In this document: positions 37,621 to 50,295 of the stretch, piece by piece
Layout of the letters: every line of letters starts with the position of its first letter
Position numbering within the stretch: position 1 is the stretch's first letter
Source: Mobula hypostoma
Lineage: Eukaryota
Length of the DNA stretch: 64,000 nt
Direction: 5' to 3'
Assembly: GCF_963921235.1 (NCBI RefSeq)
Contig: NC_086100.1
Span: 202,494,001-202,558,000, forward strand
Notes under the pieces: generated by a model
What the model was told of the DNA's origin: nothing
Seen by the model: only the letters and a program-made list of their open reading frames with translations
Database searches by the model: none
Program-made: the position numbers and the translations under genes

Positions 37621-40600
37621 TTCCTTTACTCCATGTAATACTGATACATCTGACTTCAGCTCTTATTCTCAGATTTCAGGATGAAGTTAATCATATTGTG
37701 ATCACTTTCCTCTTGGGCTTCTTTTACCTTAAGCTTTCTTATCAATTCCGGTTCATTGCACAACACCCCATCCAGAATAGTTAATCCCCTAGTGGGCTCA
37801 ACCACAACCTGCTCTAAAAATCCATCTCGTAGGCCTACTAGAAATTTCCTCACTTGGAACCCCACAATACCATGTTTTCCCAATCTACCTGCATATTGAA
37901 ATCTCCCATGACTATTGTAACATTACTCATTTTGCATATATTTTCTATCTTCCGTTGTAACTTGTAGACCACGCCCTTACTATTATTTGGAGGTCTGTAC
38001 ATAACTCCCAGTAGGGTCTTTTTCCCCTTATAATTCCTTAGCTCTATCCACAACAAGTCAACACCTTTCAACCCCATGTCATCTCTTTCCAATGATTTAA
38101 TTTTATTTTTCACCAACAGAGCCATTCCACAGCCTCTCCCTTCCTGCCTTCCTGCCTATCATAAGTCCATAAGACATAGGAGCAGAATTAGGCCATCTAG
38201 CCCATCGAGTCTGCTCCTCCATTCGACCATAGCTGATCCTTTTTCTCTCCCCTCCTCAGCCCCAGTTCCCGGCCTTCATCCCATAACCTTTGATGCCATA
38301 TCCAATCAAGAACCTATCAATCGCTGCCTTAAATACACCCAATGACCTGGCCTCCACAGCTGCAAGTGGCAACAAATTCCACAAGTTCACTACCCTTTGG
38401 CTAAAGAAATCTCTCTGTATCTCTGTTTTGAAAGGATGCCCCTCTATCCTGAGGCTGTGCCCTCTTTTCCTAGACTCTCCCACCATGGGAAACATCCTTT
38501 CCACATCTACTCTGTCTAGGCCTTTCAACATTCGAGAAATTTCAATGAGATCCCCCCTCATCTTTCTAAATTCCAGTGAATACAGACCCAGAAACATACA
38601 ACGTTCCTCGTATGATAACCCTTTCATTCCTGGAATCATCCTTGTGATTCCCAATTGCTGCCTCCTACCAATCAGCCAATGCTCTAACTATGTTAGTAAC
38701 TTTCCTGTAATACCATGGGCTCTTAATTTGGTAAGCAGCCTCATGTGTGGCACCTTGTCAAAGGCCTTCTGAAAGTCCAAATATACAACATCCACTGCAT
38801 CCCCTTTATCTATCCTACTTGTAATCTCCTCAAAGAATTCCAACAGGTTCTTCAGGAAGGATTTTCCCTAAGGAAACCATGCTGACTATGTACTATCTTG
38901 TCCTGTGTCACCAAGTACTCCATCACCTCATCCTTAACAATTGACTCTAACATCCTCCCAACCTCTGAGGTCAGGCTAACTGGTCTATAATTTCCTTTCT
39001 GCTGTCTTCCTCCTTTCTTTAAAGAGTGGAGTGATATTTGCAATTTTCCAATCCTCTGACACCATGCCAGAGTCCAATGATTTTTGAAAGATCATTTCTA
39101 ATCTCTAACGCTTCCTCTTTCAGGACCCTGGGATGCAGTTCCTCTGGTCCGGGTGACTTACATACTTTTAGATCTTTCAACTTTTTGTATTTGTCTTCGT
39201 CACCGCCGATCCAACCTGCAAGTTAATTTTTAGGGTGTAATAGTAACTGCACCCACTTCTCTTCCTTCACACACTACAACATCTGGCACACTGCTAGTGT
39301 CTTCCACAGCGAAGACTGATGCAGAATACTCATTTAGTTCTTCTGCCATCTCCTTGTCCCCTATTATTATTTCTCCTGCCTTATTTTCTAGTGGTCCTAT
39401 ATCCACTCTCATCTCTCTTTTTTACATACTTGAAAAAGCTTTTACTATCCACTTTGATATTATTTGCTAGCTTGCTTTCATATTTCATATTTTCCCTTCT
39501 GATGATTCTTTTAGTTGTTCTCTGTAGGTTTTTAAAAACTTCCCAATCCTCTATCTTCAACTAATTTTTGTTTCGTTGTATGCCCTTTCTTTTGCTTTTA
39601 CAATAGCTTTGACTTCCTGTGTCAGCCACAGTTGTACTATTTTACCATTTGAGTATTTCTTCATTTTTGGAATACACATGTCCTGCACCTTCCTCATTTT
39701 TCCCAGAAACTCACACCATTGCTGCTCTGCTGACATCCCAGACAGCAGCTCCTTCCAATTTACTTTGGCCAACTCCTCTCTCATACCACTGTAATTTCCC
39801 TTACTCCACTGAAATACTGCTACATCAGACTTTACTTTCTTCCTGTCAAATTTCAAGTTGAACACAATCATATTGTGATCACTGGTTCCTAAGGATTCTT
39901 TTACCTTAAGCTCCCTAATCACCTCTGGTTCATTACATTACACCCAATCCAGTATAGCTGATCCCCTTGTAGGCTCAACGACAAACTGCTCTAAAAGGCC
40001 ATCTCTTAGCATTCAACAAACTCACTCTCTTGAGATCCATTATCAACCTGATTTTCCCAATCGACCTGCATGTTAAAATCTCCCATAGCTACCATAACAT
40101 TGCCCTTTTGACATCTTTTCTATTTCCTGTTGTAACCTGTGGTCCACGTCCCAGCCACCGTTGGGAAGTCTGTATATAACTGCCATCAGGGTCCTTTTAC
40201 TCTTGCAGTTTCTTAACTCAACCCACAAGGATTCAACATCTTCTGATCCTATGTCACATTTTTCTACTGATTTGATGCCATTCTTTACCAGCAGAGCCAC
40301 GCCACCCCCTCTGCCTACCTTCCTATCCCTCCGATATAATGTGTAACTTTATACTTCATACTTTATTGTCGCCAAATAGTTGATACTAGAACGTACAATC
40401 ATCACAGCGATATTTGATTCTGCACTTCGCACTCCCTGGATTACAAATATTAAATATTAAAAATAGTAAGAATTAGTAAATATTAAACAATTAAATTATA
40501 AATCATAAATAGAAAATAGAAAAATGGAAAGTAAAGTAGTGCAAAAAAAACCGAGAGGCGGGTCTGGATATTTGGAGGGTACGGCCCAGATCCGGGTCAG

Positions 40601-40810
40601 GATCCGTTCAGCAGTCTTATCACAGTTGGAAAGAAGCTGTTCCCAAATCTGGCCAACGACGATCTTGGATATTCAGCTCCGAACTACACCCATCCCTCAG
40701 GCACGGTTCAGTGATGGCCACAATATCATATCTGGCAATCTGTAAAAGTGCAACAAGATCATCCACCTTATTTCTTATACTCCATGCATTCAGATACAAC
40801 ACCTGAGTAC
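37620..40810 (-). mobile_element. CR1 fragments (endonuclease and RT), with a small Rex-like non-autonomous insert at ~40345-40655
   Basis: ORFs with YLNAWSIRNK, GVALLVK, SDHNMI, NYRPVSLTS and RT C-terminal motifs. Confidence 0.85.
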
Positions 40811-41489
40811 TGTACTTGCATGCTTAATGTACTGATACACTGACTGCACGCTACCTCCCCCAGAAGAGATCCCAAGGATCTGAAGCCCTGCCCCCTGCAC
40901 CAGCTTCTCAGCCACGCATTTATCTGCTACGCATCTATACTTTTGATACATTGTGCATCCTTGGACGTTCAGCTCCCAGCTATAATCTTAAGAATCAAGT
41001 GATTCTTAACTGAAACTACTGTAGCTGCGTCAATCACATCTTCTGGCAACTTGCTCCATATACCCGGTATCCTCTGCATGAAAAAGTTGCCCTCGGGCTC
41101 CTTTTAAGCCTTTCCCCTCTCACGCTAGATCTTTGCCCCTAGCTTTGGACTCCCTACCCTGCAAACTACCATCCACCTGGGCCACGGCAGACCTGCTGAT
41201 TTCTAAGAGAACCTACTCACTCCACTGCCTCCCTTTCACTCTTGGGATTTTCCTTACCCTCACCTGGAAGATCCATCTCATATGCTCTCTTTACTCTCCT
41301 GATTTCTCTTTGAAGTGCGTGTTTGTTCTTTTGAAAGGAATTCACTCATCCTCAACCACTTAAACATAATATATGCTTTTTATCCTTGACCAGAGCCTCA
41401 ATTTCTTTCATCGTTCTCAAAACTCGTCAGGTTTATCCTTCACCATGACAGGACCATGCTGTTCCTGGACACTTAAATCAGATTCTTGA

Positions 41490-41685
41490 AAACACACACA
41501 AAATTCTGGAGGAACTCAGCAGGTCAGGCAGCATCTATGGAGAGACCCTTCTTCAAGACTGTAAGGAAGGGCCTCAGCCTGAAGTGCTGACTATTAATTC
41601 CTCTCCATCGATGCTGCCCGACTTGCTTGTTCCTCCAGCACTGTGTGTGTGTCGCTCTGGAATTCCAGCATCTACGGAATCTCCT
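41490..41685. mobile_element. Short fold-back Penelope-like terminal element
   Basis: ACACACACAAAATTCTGGAGGAACTCAGCAGG...CCTCCAGCACTGTGTGTGTGT inverted arms, the same type as 8753-8942. Confidence 0.65.
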
Positions 41686-41956
41686 GCAGTTAATCACACT
41701 CTTAAAATCCTCCTACTTGCCATTCGTTCCTTCCCCTTCAAACAGCCTCACCCAATCGATTTTCTAGATCTTGCATAATTCCCTCAAAGTTAACCCTGCC
41801 GCAGTTTAGGATCCTAACCTGTGGAGCTGGCCTATCCTTTTGCATCACGCTCATAAAACTAATAGAATTATGGTCACTAAAGCCAAAGTGCCCTGTGACT
41901 GCCATCTTAGTTACCTGCCCTGCCTCATTCCTCAAGACAAACAGAATCAAACGTAT

Positions 41957-42315
41957 TGTGACACTCCAGGGTGGAGGTGAGGTGTGTGGAGGGGACGTGG
42001 TCGACAACCCACCCCTGCATTTCTAATAACCTGCATTGTTTATTGTTCTTTGTTCAAATGCTTTCGTGGGAATATGGTGGGAAGTTCCAGTTCATTTACT
42101 GTTACATTTTAGCTTGGGTTATTCAATTATTCGCTTGTGTATTTGTGGGCCACCCTAACCGTAACGGGGGTGTGTAGTAATCACCTCAGCCGTCTGTATG
42201 AGACTGAGCTGTTCCCTCTCTGAGTCATAGCGGCCGGTCTGCTTTTGTGTTAATCACAGTAAAACTGTCGCTGAGGTTAACAAGCTTCCTTGTCTGTCAC
42301 TGAATGCTCACCACA
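41957..42315 (+). mobile_element. Probable solo LTR
   Basis: TGTG...CACA termini. Near-TSD GTAT/GTAC. AGTAAA near the 3' end. Unique non-CR1 sequence. Confidence 0.55.
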
Positions 42316-42494
42316 GTACTGTCACTTTCTTACATGCAACAGGACAGTGTAAAGACAGAAAATTACAAAATAAATTAGGTGTAAAAAAAAATGAGCTGAG
42401 GAAGTGAGTGTAACAATTTGTAAATTATGCTGCAGCCATATAAAACGTTGGTTTGAGCACACTGGGAATACCATGTGCAGTTCCATTCACCTCC

Positions 42495-43585
42495 AAGGGG
42501 ACATTGCTTTGTGGATCCAGAACTGGCTTGCCCACAGGAGGCAAAGAGTGTTTGTAGACGGGTCATATTCTGCATGGAGGCCGGTGACCAGTGGTGTGCC
42601 TCAGGGATCTGTTTGGGGACCCCCACTCTTTGTGATTTTTATAAATTACCTGGATGAGGAAGTGGAGGGATGGGTTAGTAAATTTGCTGATGACACAAAG
42701 GTTGTGGGTGTTGTGGATAGTGTGGAGGGCTGTCAGAGGTTACAGCGGGACATTGATAGGATGCAGAACTGTGCTGAGAAGTGGCAGATGGCGTTCAACC
42801 CGGATAAGTGTGAGCTGGTTCATTTTGGTAGGTCAAATATGATGGCAGAATATAGTATTAACGGTAAGACTCTTGGCAGTGTGGAGGATCAGAGGGATCT
42901 TGGGGTCCAAGTCCATAGGACACTCAAAGCTGCTACACAGGTTGACTCTGTGGTTAAGAAAGCATAAAATACATTGGCCTTCATCAATTGTGGGATTGAA
43001 TTCAGAAGCCAGGAGGTAATATTGCAGCTATATAGGACCCTGGTCAGACCCCACTTGTAGTACTGTGCTCAGTTCTGGTCGCCTCACTATTGGAAGGATG
43101 TGGAAGCCACAGAAAAGGTGCAGAGAAGATTTACAAGGATGTTGCCTGGATTGGGGAGCATGCCTTATGAGAATAGGTTGAGTGAACTTGGCCTTTTCTC
43201 CTTGGAGCGACGGAGGATGTGAGGTGACCTGATAGAGGTGTATAAAATGATGAGAGGCATTGATCGTGTGGATAGTCAGAGGCTTTTTCCCAGGGCTGAA
43301 AAGGTTGCCACAAGAGGACACATGTTTAAGGTGCTGGGGAGTAGGTACAGAGGAGATGTCAGGGGTAAGTATTTTACTCAGACTGGTGAGTGCGTGGAAT
43401 GGGCTGCCAGCAACGGTGGTGGAGGCGGATAGGATAGGGTCTTTTAAGAGACTTTTAGATAGGTACATGGAGCTTGGTAAAATAGAGGACTGTAGGTAAG
43501 CCTAGTAATTTCTAAAGTAGGGACATGTTCGGCACAACTTTGTGGGCCGAAGGGCCTGTATTGTGCTGTGGGTTTTGTATGTTTC
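42495..43585 (+). mobile_element. CR1 RT and 3' UTR
   Basis: GVPQGSVWGP, KFADDTK and RMRGD motifs, plus the 3' tail. Confidence 0.92.
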
Positions 43586-44414
43586 ACTGAAGGAAGGATG
43601 TGATAATGCTGGAGATTGTGCAGAAGATTGTTCTGGTCTGGGCGAGGGGGAGGAGGTTTAAAGGGGTTCTAGGGGATAAATGTTTCACACACAATAATTT
43701 GGATGTGGCACGTGCTGCCTGTGGAGGCAGGGACGGTAACAGTATCTGGATATGTTCTGGAATGCACAGGACACAGGGATTTGGAGATAATGCTGGGAAT
43801 GGGACTAGTAAAGATGGTTGACATGGATGAGGTGATTCTGTTCTGTACAACTGAATGACTTTACGGTCTCACCTACCACTCTGTGTGGAAGAACTTGCAT
43901 CACACATGACCTTTAGACTTCCCTCTATCACCTTCAACCTGTGATCTGGAGTATTGGACATTCTCCTGGGAAAGAAACTCTGACTGTCCATCCTACTTAT
44001 AACCTGATAAACAGATGATTATCAGATCTCCCTTCAGCCATTTCTGTTCTGGAGTAAACAACCCAAATTTGTCCAGTGTCTCCTTATAACTCATACCCTC
44101 TAACCTAGACTGCACTCCGGTGAAACACTTTGGCATCCTCTCCAAAGACTTGATACCCTTCCTGTAAAGGGGTGACCAGAATTGCACACACGACTCCAAA
44201 ACCAAAGTTTTTCGTAGGTGTAACATAACTTCAGTGTGCCAACCAAAAAGGGCAAGTGTGTTTATGTGCCTTCGTTGCCATTCTATTGCCACATTCAGCA
44301 AGTTGTGGCCTTGGCCCCAACATCCTTCTGTATACCAATGTTCCCAAAATCCCACCAGTTACTGCAAACTTCCCTACAGTGAGGCATGTCACTGTTACAG
44401 TGGGATAGGTTAGG

Positions 44415-44947
44415 GTGGGATACAGCCGGACGATGCTGAGGATGTTCTACGAGTCTGTGGTGGCCAGTGCGATCATGTTTGCTGTTGTGTGCTGGGGCAG
44501 CAGGCTGAGGATGGCAGACACCAACAGAATCAACAAACTCATTCGTAAGGCCAGTGATGTTGTGGGGGTGGAACTGGACTCTCTGACGGTGGTGTCTGAA
44601 AAGAGGATGCTGCCTAAGTTGCATGCCATCTTGGACAATGTCTCCCATCCACTACATAATGTACTGGGTGGGCACAGGAGTACATTCAGCCAGAGACTCA
44701 TTCCACCGAGATGCAACACAGAGCGTCATAGGAAGTCATTCCTGCCTGTGGCCATCAAACTTTACAACTCCTCCCTTGGAGGGTCAGACACCCTGAGCCA
44801 ATAGGCTGGTCCTGGATTTATTTCATAATTTACTGGCATAATTTACATATTACTATTTAACTATTTATGGTTTTATTACTATTTATTATTTATGGTGCAA
44901 CTGTAACGAAAACCAATTTCCCCTGGGATCAATAAAGTATGACTATG
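44415..44947 (+). mobile_element. Rex1/Babar LINE 3' end
   Basis: ORF RMFYESVVASAIMFAVVCWG...RKSFLPVAIKLYN. Terminus GGGATCAATAAAGTATGACTAT. Confidence 0.88.
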
Positions 44948-45501
44948 TTAGATGGGCAGCTGCCCTGGTTTGTATCTTTGTGTGTAAAAGGAGGTGGGGG
45001 TTATGTGAGGTGCAGAATATCTATAGAATGTGAGTTATATACATGGGTGCATATGCGAGGAGAGCGAGATTCAACGTGGGCCGGTACCCAGGAGATGAGA
45101 TCCCTCAGGATTATATACGTGGACGTGTGCTGTATATGCAGATGGGTAGGGTGAGGTCCCTCAGGGTGAGGGAGTGACGACCCTGCAGGGCTCTGTCTTC
45201 TTGTGGGTGTCTCTCTGGAGTCACACAGCAGGCAACAGGCCATTCAGCCCATCTGTAATAATCTCATCTTCCACACTTAGCTCCAGTGTGTCAACATACT
45301 GACCCTGCTTCCTACGTTCAAAATCGAACTTGTCTACATACCCTACAAATGGCGGGGCCTGGCACTGACCCCTGTGGAACGCCACCAGTCTCTCTCAGGT
45401 CTCAGTCACTCTAATCAGTGATTGTTGTGTGGCGCGGTCTCGATGCCTGTGGACCGGGGTGTCCCTGGGGCTGTGCTGACTGTTATCTGCCTCTCTCCCA
45501 G

Positions 45502-45633
45502 GGTCAGGCCCAATCCTGCTGGATGATGTATTCTGTACTGGAACCGAGACCTCTCTCGCCGACTGCAAGACCAAAGGCTGGAAGATCCACGACTGCCAAC
45601 ACTCAGAGGATGCTGGAGTTCGATGTGACCCCC
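45502..45633 (+). CDS. LGALS3BP: Galectin-3-binding protein, coding exon 3 (SRCR, second half)
   Basis: CTCTCTCCCAG| acceptor. [43 protein letters not shown]. Donor CCC|GTGAGC. 132 nt, phase 1-1. Completes the six-Cys group A SRCR. Confidence 0.93.
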
Positions 45634-45982
45634 GTGAGCACCAGCCCGTGAATGGGGAGGGTTGTGAGAATTGTGGGGAGGGGTGTCAGAGGATGCCGGG
45701 TTTCTCAGTGATCCCGTGAGCACCAGCCCGAGGGGAGGGGGTGGAAATGGCGGGGAGGGGTGTCAGAGGATGCTGGAGTTTGATGTGACCCCCGTGAGCA
45801 CCAGCCTGGGGGAGCAAGGTGGGAAAGGGAACAGGGGAAAGTGTACCAGGAGATGTTAGAGGTTGCTGTAACTCCTGGGGAGGGGAGGGGATATGGATGG
45901 GACAGACGGGTGGGGGCCCAGGTTGGGAGGTGGAAATGCTGGTCTGTGACTAAGTATGATGGGGTCACATTGGACTTGACAG

Positions 45983-46250
45983 GACAGGCGGGGGAGCTGC
46001 CAACTTATCGCCTGGACCAGATATCCGATCTGCACCAATCCCTCAACAAGTTGTACCTGAGCCAGAAAAACTGCCAGGTGAAGATCCTGGTGCAGACAGC
46101 GAGCAAAGGCCCTGTGAAGCTACACTTGTGTGCCCATCGCCTCATCCTGGGTCTGAGCAACGACGGAAACCTCATTAGCGCGAACAGGACCAGCGGTGTC
46201 CAGATCACAGTCAGACAAGAGTGTCTGCGTTACGTCGAGAACTTCATCAG
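45983..46250 (+). CDS. LGALS3BP: Galectin-3-binding protein, coding exon 4 (BTB/POZ)
   Basis: TTGACAG| acceptor. QAGELPTYRLDQISDLHQSLNKLYLSQKNC..LCAHRLIL..ECLRYVENFIR. Donor CAG|GTAGGG. 268 nt, phase 1-2. Confidence 0.9.
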
Positions 46251-47194
46251 GTAGGGAGATCCACTTCCGTCTGTCTTTCTGAGTGAGGCCCCGGCAATGG
46301 AGGGTGTCTCCTTACACTGGGACCCAGTGAGGGGGTCCCAAGGAATGGCCTGAGGGAATGGTTACCCTCACCCTCTCCCACCCCCAATCATTTTAAAAAC
46401 TTCCCAATCATCCAACTTCCCTCTCACTTTTGCTACGTTATATGCCCTTCCCTTGGCTATTATGCAGTCCCTAATTTCCTTTGTAAGTCACAGTTGCCTA
46501 CCCCTGCCATTTGAGAACTACTTCTCCTGTGGGACATACCTATCCTGCACCTTGTGAATTATTCCCGTAAACTTCAGCCATCTCTGCTCTGCCATCATCT
46601 CCACCAGTATCTTCCTCCAATCCACCTGGGCAAGCTCCTCTCTCATGCCTCTGTAATTCCCTTTATTCCATTGCAATACTGATACATGTGACTTATGCTT
46701 CTCCCTCTCAAACTGTAGTTTGAATTCAATCATATTATGAGCAGGTTAATTGATAATTTCAAATTGTCCTGGGATGAGCCCAGGGGTTAAATCAGTGTGT
46801 TGCTGGGCTGAAAAGGCATGCTTCGAGCCGTATTTCTAAAGAAATCAATCAGATAGATGGCTGCTGATCGGAGTTTGACCTTGTCACCACTTCCTGCCCG
46901 CTGCCCAGACCTTGACCCGTGTCGTCCAACAGACGTTCATCCCCAGGTGCCCAGCTCCTAACGTTCCCTTGGGTGCAAGAAGATTAGTGTCTGTGTGGAG
47001 GGAGCACATGCTGGGTGCAGGAAGGAGGCGGCGTGAACCCACTGGGACCGGGAGGAGTGTGATGAGGTAAGGCAGTGTATGTGCAGAAGGAGTGGTCCCC
47101 ACCCACTGTCTCCACGGGTGCACGGTGTCCACTCACCATTCTCTTATGTTCAGGAAGTGAGCCGTTCTCCACCGACCATCACCGCTGGGTTCAG

Positions 47195-47940
47195 GAAGGG
47201 AGTGGTGCCCGTCACTGTCCCCCTGGGTACAGGAATGGAGCAGTGTCTGTCACTGTCCCCCTGGGTGCAGGAGGATGTGGTGTCCGTCACTGTCCCCCTA
47301 GGTACAGGAATGGAGCAGTGTCCATCACTGTTCCCCTGGGTGCAGGAATGGAGCAGTGTCTGTCACTGTCCCCCTGGGTGCAGGAGGATGTGGTGTCCAT
47401 CACTGTCCTCCTGGGTGTAGGAATGGAGCAGTGTCTGTCACTGTCCCCCTGGGTGCAGGAGGGATGTGGTGTCCGTCACTGTCCCCCTGAGTACAGGAGA
47501 ATGTGGTGTCCGTCACTGTCCCCCTGGGTACAGGAATGGAGCAGTGTCCGTCACTGTCCCCCTGGGTGCAGGAGGGATGTGGTGTCCGTCACTGTCCCCC
47601 TGGGTACAGGAATGGAGCAGTGTCCATCACTGTCCCCCTGGGTACAGGAATGGAGCAGTGTCCATCACTGTTCCCCTGGGTACAGGAATGGAGCAGTGTC
47701 CATCACTGTCCCCCTGGGTACAGGAATGGAGCAATGTCTGTCACTGTCCCCCTGGGTGCAGGAGGATGTGGTGTCCATCACTGTTCCCCTGGGTACAGGA
47801 ATGGAGCAGTGTCTGTCACTGTCCCCCTGGGTACAGGAATGGAGCAGTGTCCATCACTGTCCCCCTGGGTACAGGAATGGAGCAGTGTCCATCACTGTTC
47901 CCCTGGGTGCAGGAGGATGTGGTGTCCTTCACTGTCCCTA
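47195..47940. repeat. 37/38-bp minisatellite, about 19 copies
   Basis: Units TCACTGTCCCCCTGGGTACAGGAATGGAGCAGTGTCTG and TCACTGTCCCCCTGGGTGCAGGAGGATGTGGTGTCCG. Confidence 0.95.
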
Positions 47941-48264
47941 AGGATACATGCAGCGCAGTTTTACGGAGTTGGACTGCGATCAATCACTGAGCGAGATTCA
48001 TTAGGAAGGATGATTAAAGATAAGGCAGGCACAAGTGGAGCAGCCATCAAACATGAATTTGATTTGATTTGATTCTTGCGACGGCCTTTGTTGTGAGTGG
48101 GCTAGTTTTAGGGTGGCCTGGGTTCTTTGGTGAGATCTGGCTTGGGCAAGGTAAGTATCCGGTAAGTTTCTCTTTTTCTTTTTTTTTCATTCCTAGCCTG
48201 TTGGGATACAGTTAGTTCAGTGAGAATGATTCCAAGGGTTGTGTTATGTTCTTTGTGTGAGATG

Positions 48265-50295
48265 TCTACAACCATGGCTGACAAGGGAAGTCAAAGCTAA
48301 CGTAAAAGCAAAAGAGGGCATACGACAAAGCAAAAAGTAGTGGGAAGATAGATGATTGAGAAGCTTTTAAAAACCTACAGAGAGCAACTAAAAAAGTCAT
48401 TAGAAGGGAAAAGATGAAATATGAAAGCAAGCTAGCAAGCAATATCAAAGTGGATAGTAACTACGATTTTCTAGAAAATGAGGCAGGAGAAATGATAACA
48501 GGGGAGAAGGAGATGGCCGATGAACGAACTGAGTATTTTGCATCAGTCTTCACTGTGGAAGACACTAGCAGTGTGCCAGATGTTGTAGTGTGTGAAGGAA
48601 GAGAAGTGGGTGCAGATACCTAAAGCTACATAAGTCACCTGGACTAGATGAATCCCACCCTAGGGTTCTGAAAGAGGTAGCAGGAGAGATTGAAGAGGCA
48701 TTGGTAATGATCTTTCTAAAATCACTGGACTCCATTCTTTAAGAAAGGAGGAAGGTAGCAGAAAGGAAATTATAGACCAGTTAGCCTAACCTCAGTGGTT
48801 GGAAAAATGTTGGAGTCAATTGTTAAGGATGAGGTTATGGAGTACTTGGTGTCACAGGACAAGGTCAGCATGCTTTCCTTAAGGGAAAATCTTGCCTGAC
48901 AAATCTGTTGGAATTATTTGAGGAGATTACATGAAGGATAGATAAAGGGGATGTAGTTGTGTGGGCAAGTGGCCAAGTGGTTAATGCATTGGACTAGCTA
49001 CCTGAAGGTCGTGAGTTCGAGCCCCAGCCGAGGGAACGTGTTGTGTCCTTGAGCAAGGCACTTAACCACACATTGCTCTGCGACGACACTAGTTCCGAGC
49101 TATATGGGTCCTAGTGCCCTTCCCTTGGACAACATTGGTGTCGTGGAGAGGGGAGACTTGCAGCATGGGCAATTGCTGGTCTTCCATACAACCTTGCCCA
49201 GGCCTGCGCCCTGGAGAGTGAAGATTTTCCAGGCACAGATCCATGGTCTCGCAAGACTAACGGATGCCTTAAGTAGATGTTGTATATTTGGACTTCAGAA
49301 GGCCTTTGACAAGGTGCCACACAGGCTGCTTCCCAAGTTGAGAGCCCATGGTATTACAGGAAAGTTACTAACATGGTTAGAGCATTGGCTAATTGGTAGG
49401 AGGCAGCGAGTGGGAATAAAAGGATCCTTTTCTGATTGGCTGTCAGTGACTAGGGGTATTCCGCAGGGGTTGGTGTTGGGGCCGTTTCTTTTTACGCTGT
49501 ATATCAATGATTGAGATGATGGAATAGATGGCTTTGTTGCCAAGTTTGCAGATGATAGAAAGATTGGTGGAAGGATAGTGTTGAGGAAACAGGTAGGCTG
49601 CAGAAGGACTTAAACAGAAGAGGCTAATGGGCAAGGAAGTGGCAAATGAAATACAATGTTGGAAAATGCATGGTAATGCATTTTGGTAGTAGAAATAAAT
49701 GTGCAGACTATTTTCTAACTGGGGAGAGCATGCAAAAATGTGAGATACTAAGAGACTTGGGAGTCATTGTGCAGAACACCCTAAAAGTTAACTTGAAGGT
49801 TGAGTAGGTGGTAAGGAAGAAAACTGCATCCTTGCATTCATATCAAGAGTTGAATGTGAGAGCAGGAATTTGATGCTGAGGCTTTATAAGGCACTGGTGA
49901 GGCCTCAATTTGAGTATTGTGAACAGTTTTGGGCTCCTCATCTTAGAAAAGATGTGCTAGGATTGGAGAGGGTCCAGAGGAGGTTCACAAGGATGATTCT
50001 GGGAATGAAAGGGTTATCATACAAGCCATATTTGATGGCTCCTGGTCCGTACTTGTTGGATGAGAGAGGATATTACCGAAACCTTTTGATGTGGAAAGGA
50101 TGTTTCCCATGGTGGGGGAGTCTAGGAGAAGAAGGCACAGCCTCAGTATAGAAGGGTGTCCATATAAAACAGAGATGTGGAAAAATTTCTTTAGCCAGAA
50201 AGTGGTGAATTTATGGCATTCGTTGTATCATGCAGCTGTGGAAGCCAGGTCATTGGGTGTATTTAAGGCGAAGCTTGATTAGACATGGCATCAAA
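48265..50295 (+). mobile_element. Decayed CR1 ORF2 and 3' region, split by a SINE
   Basis: NYRPVSLTS, QKAFDKVPH, KFADD and RFTRMI motifs. Confidence 0.88.
48958..49270 (+). mobile_element. tRNA-derived CORE-SINE with RTE-like tail
   Basis: Pol III A box TGGCCAAGTGG and B box GAGTTCGAGCC. CORE-like TGTGTCCTTGAGCAAGGCACTTAACC. Tail GATCCATGGTCTCGCAAGACTAACGGA. Interrupts the CR1 RT. Confidence 0.8.

Noticed and set aside
45988..46250. Alternative BTB-exon acceptor at GACAG|GCG
   Set aside because: It is 5 nt downstream of 45983 and out of frame with the phase-1 upstream exon.
47075..48072. Overlapping 113-288-aa ORFs
   Set aside because: They are translations of the 37/38-bp minisatellite.
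48960..49032. tRNA gene
   Set aside because: A and B boxes are present, but the acceptor stem is not convincing. It continues into a CORE block and a LINE-like tail, so it is a SINE head.
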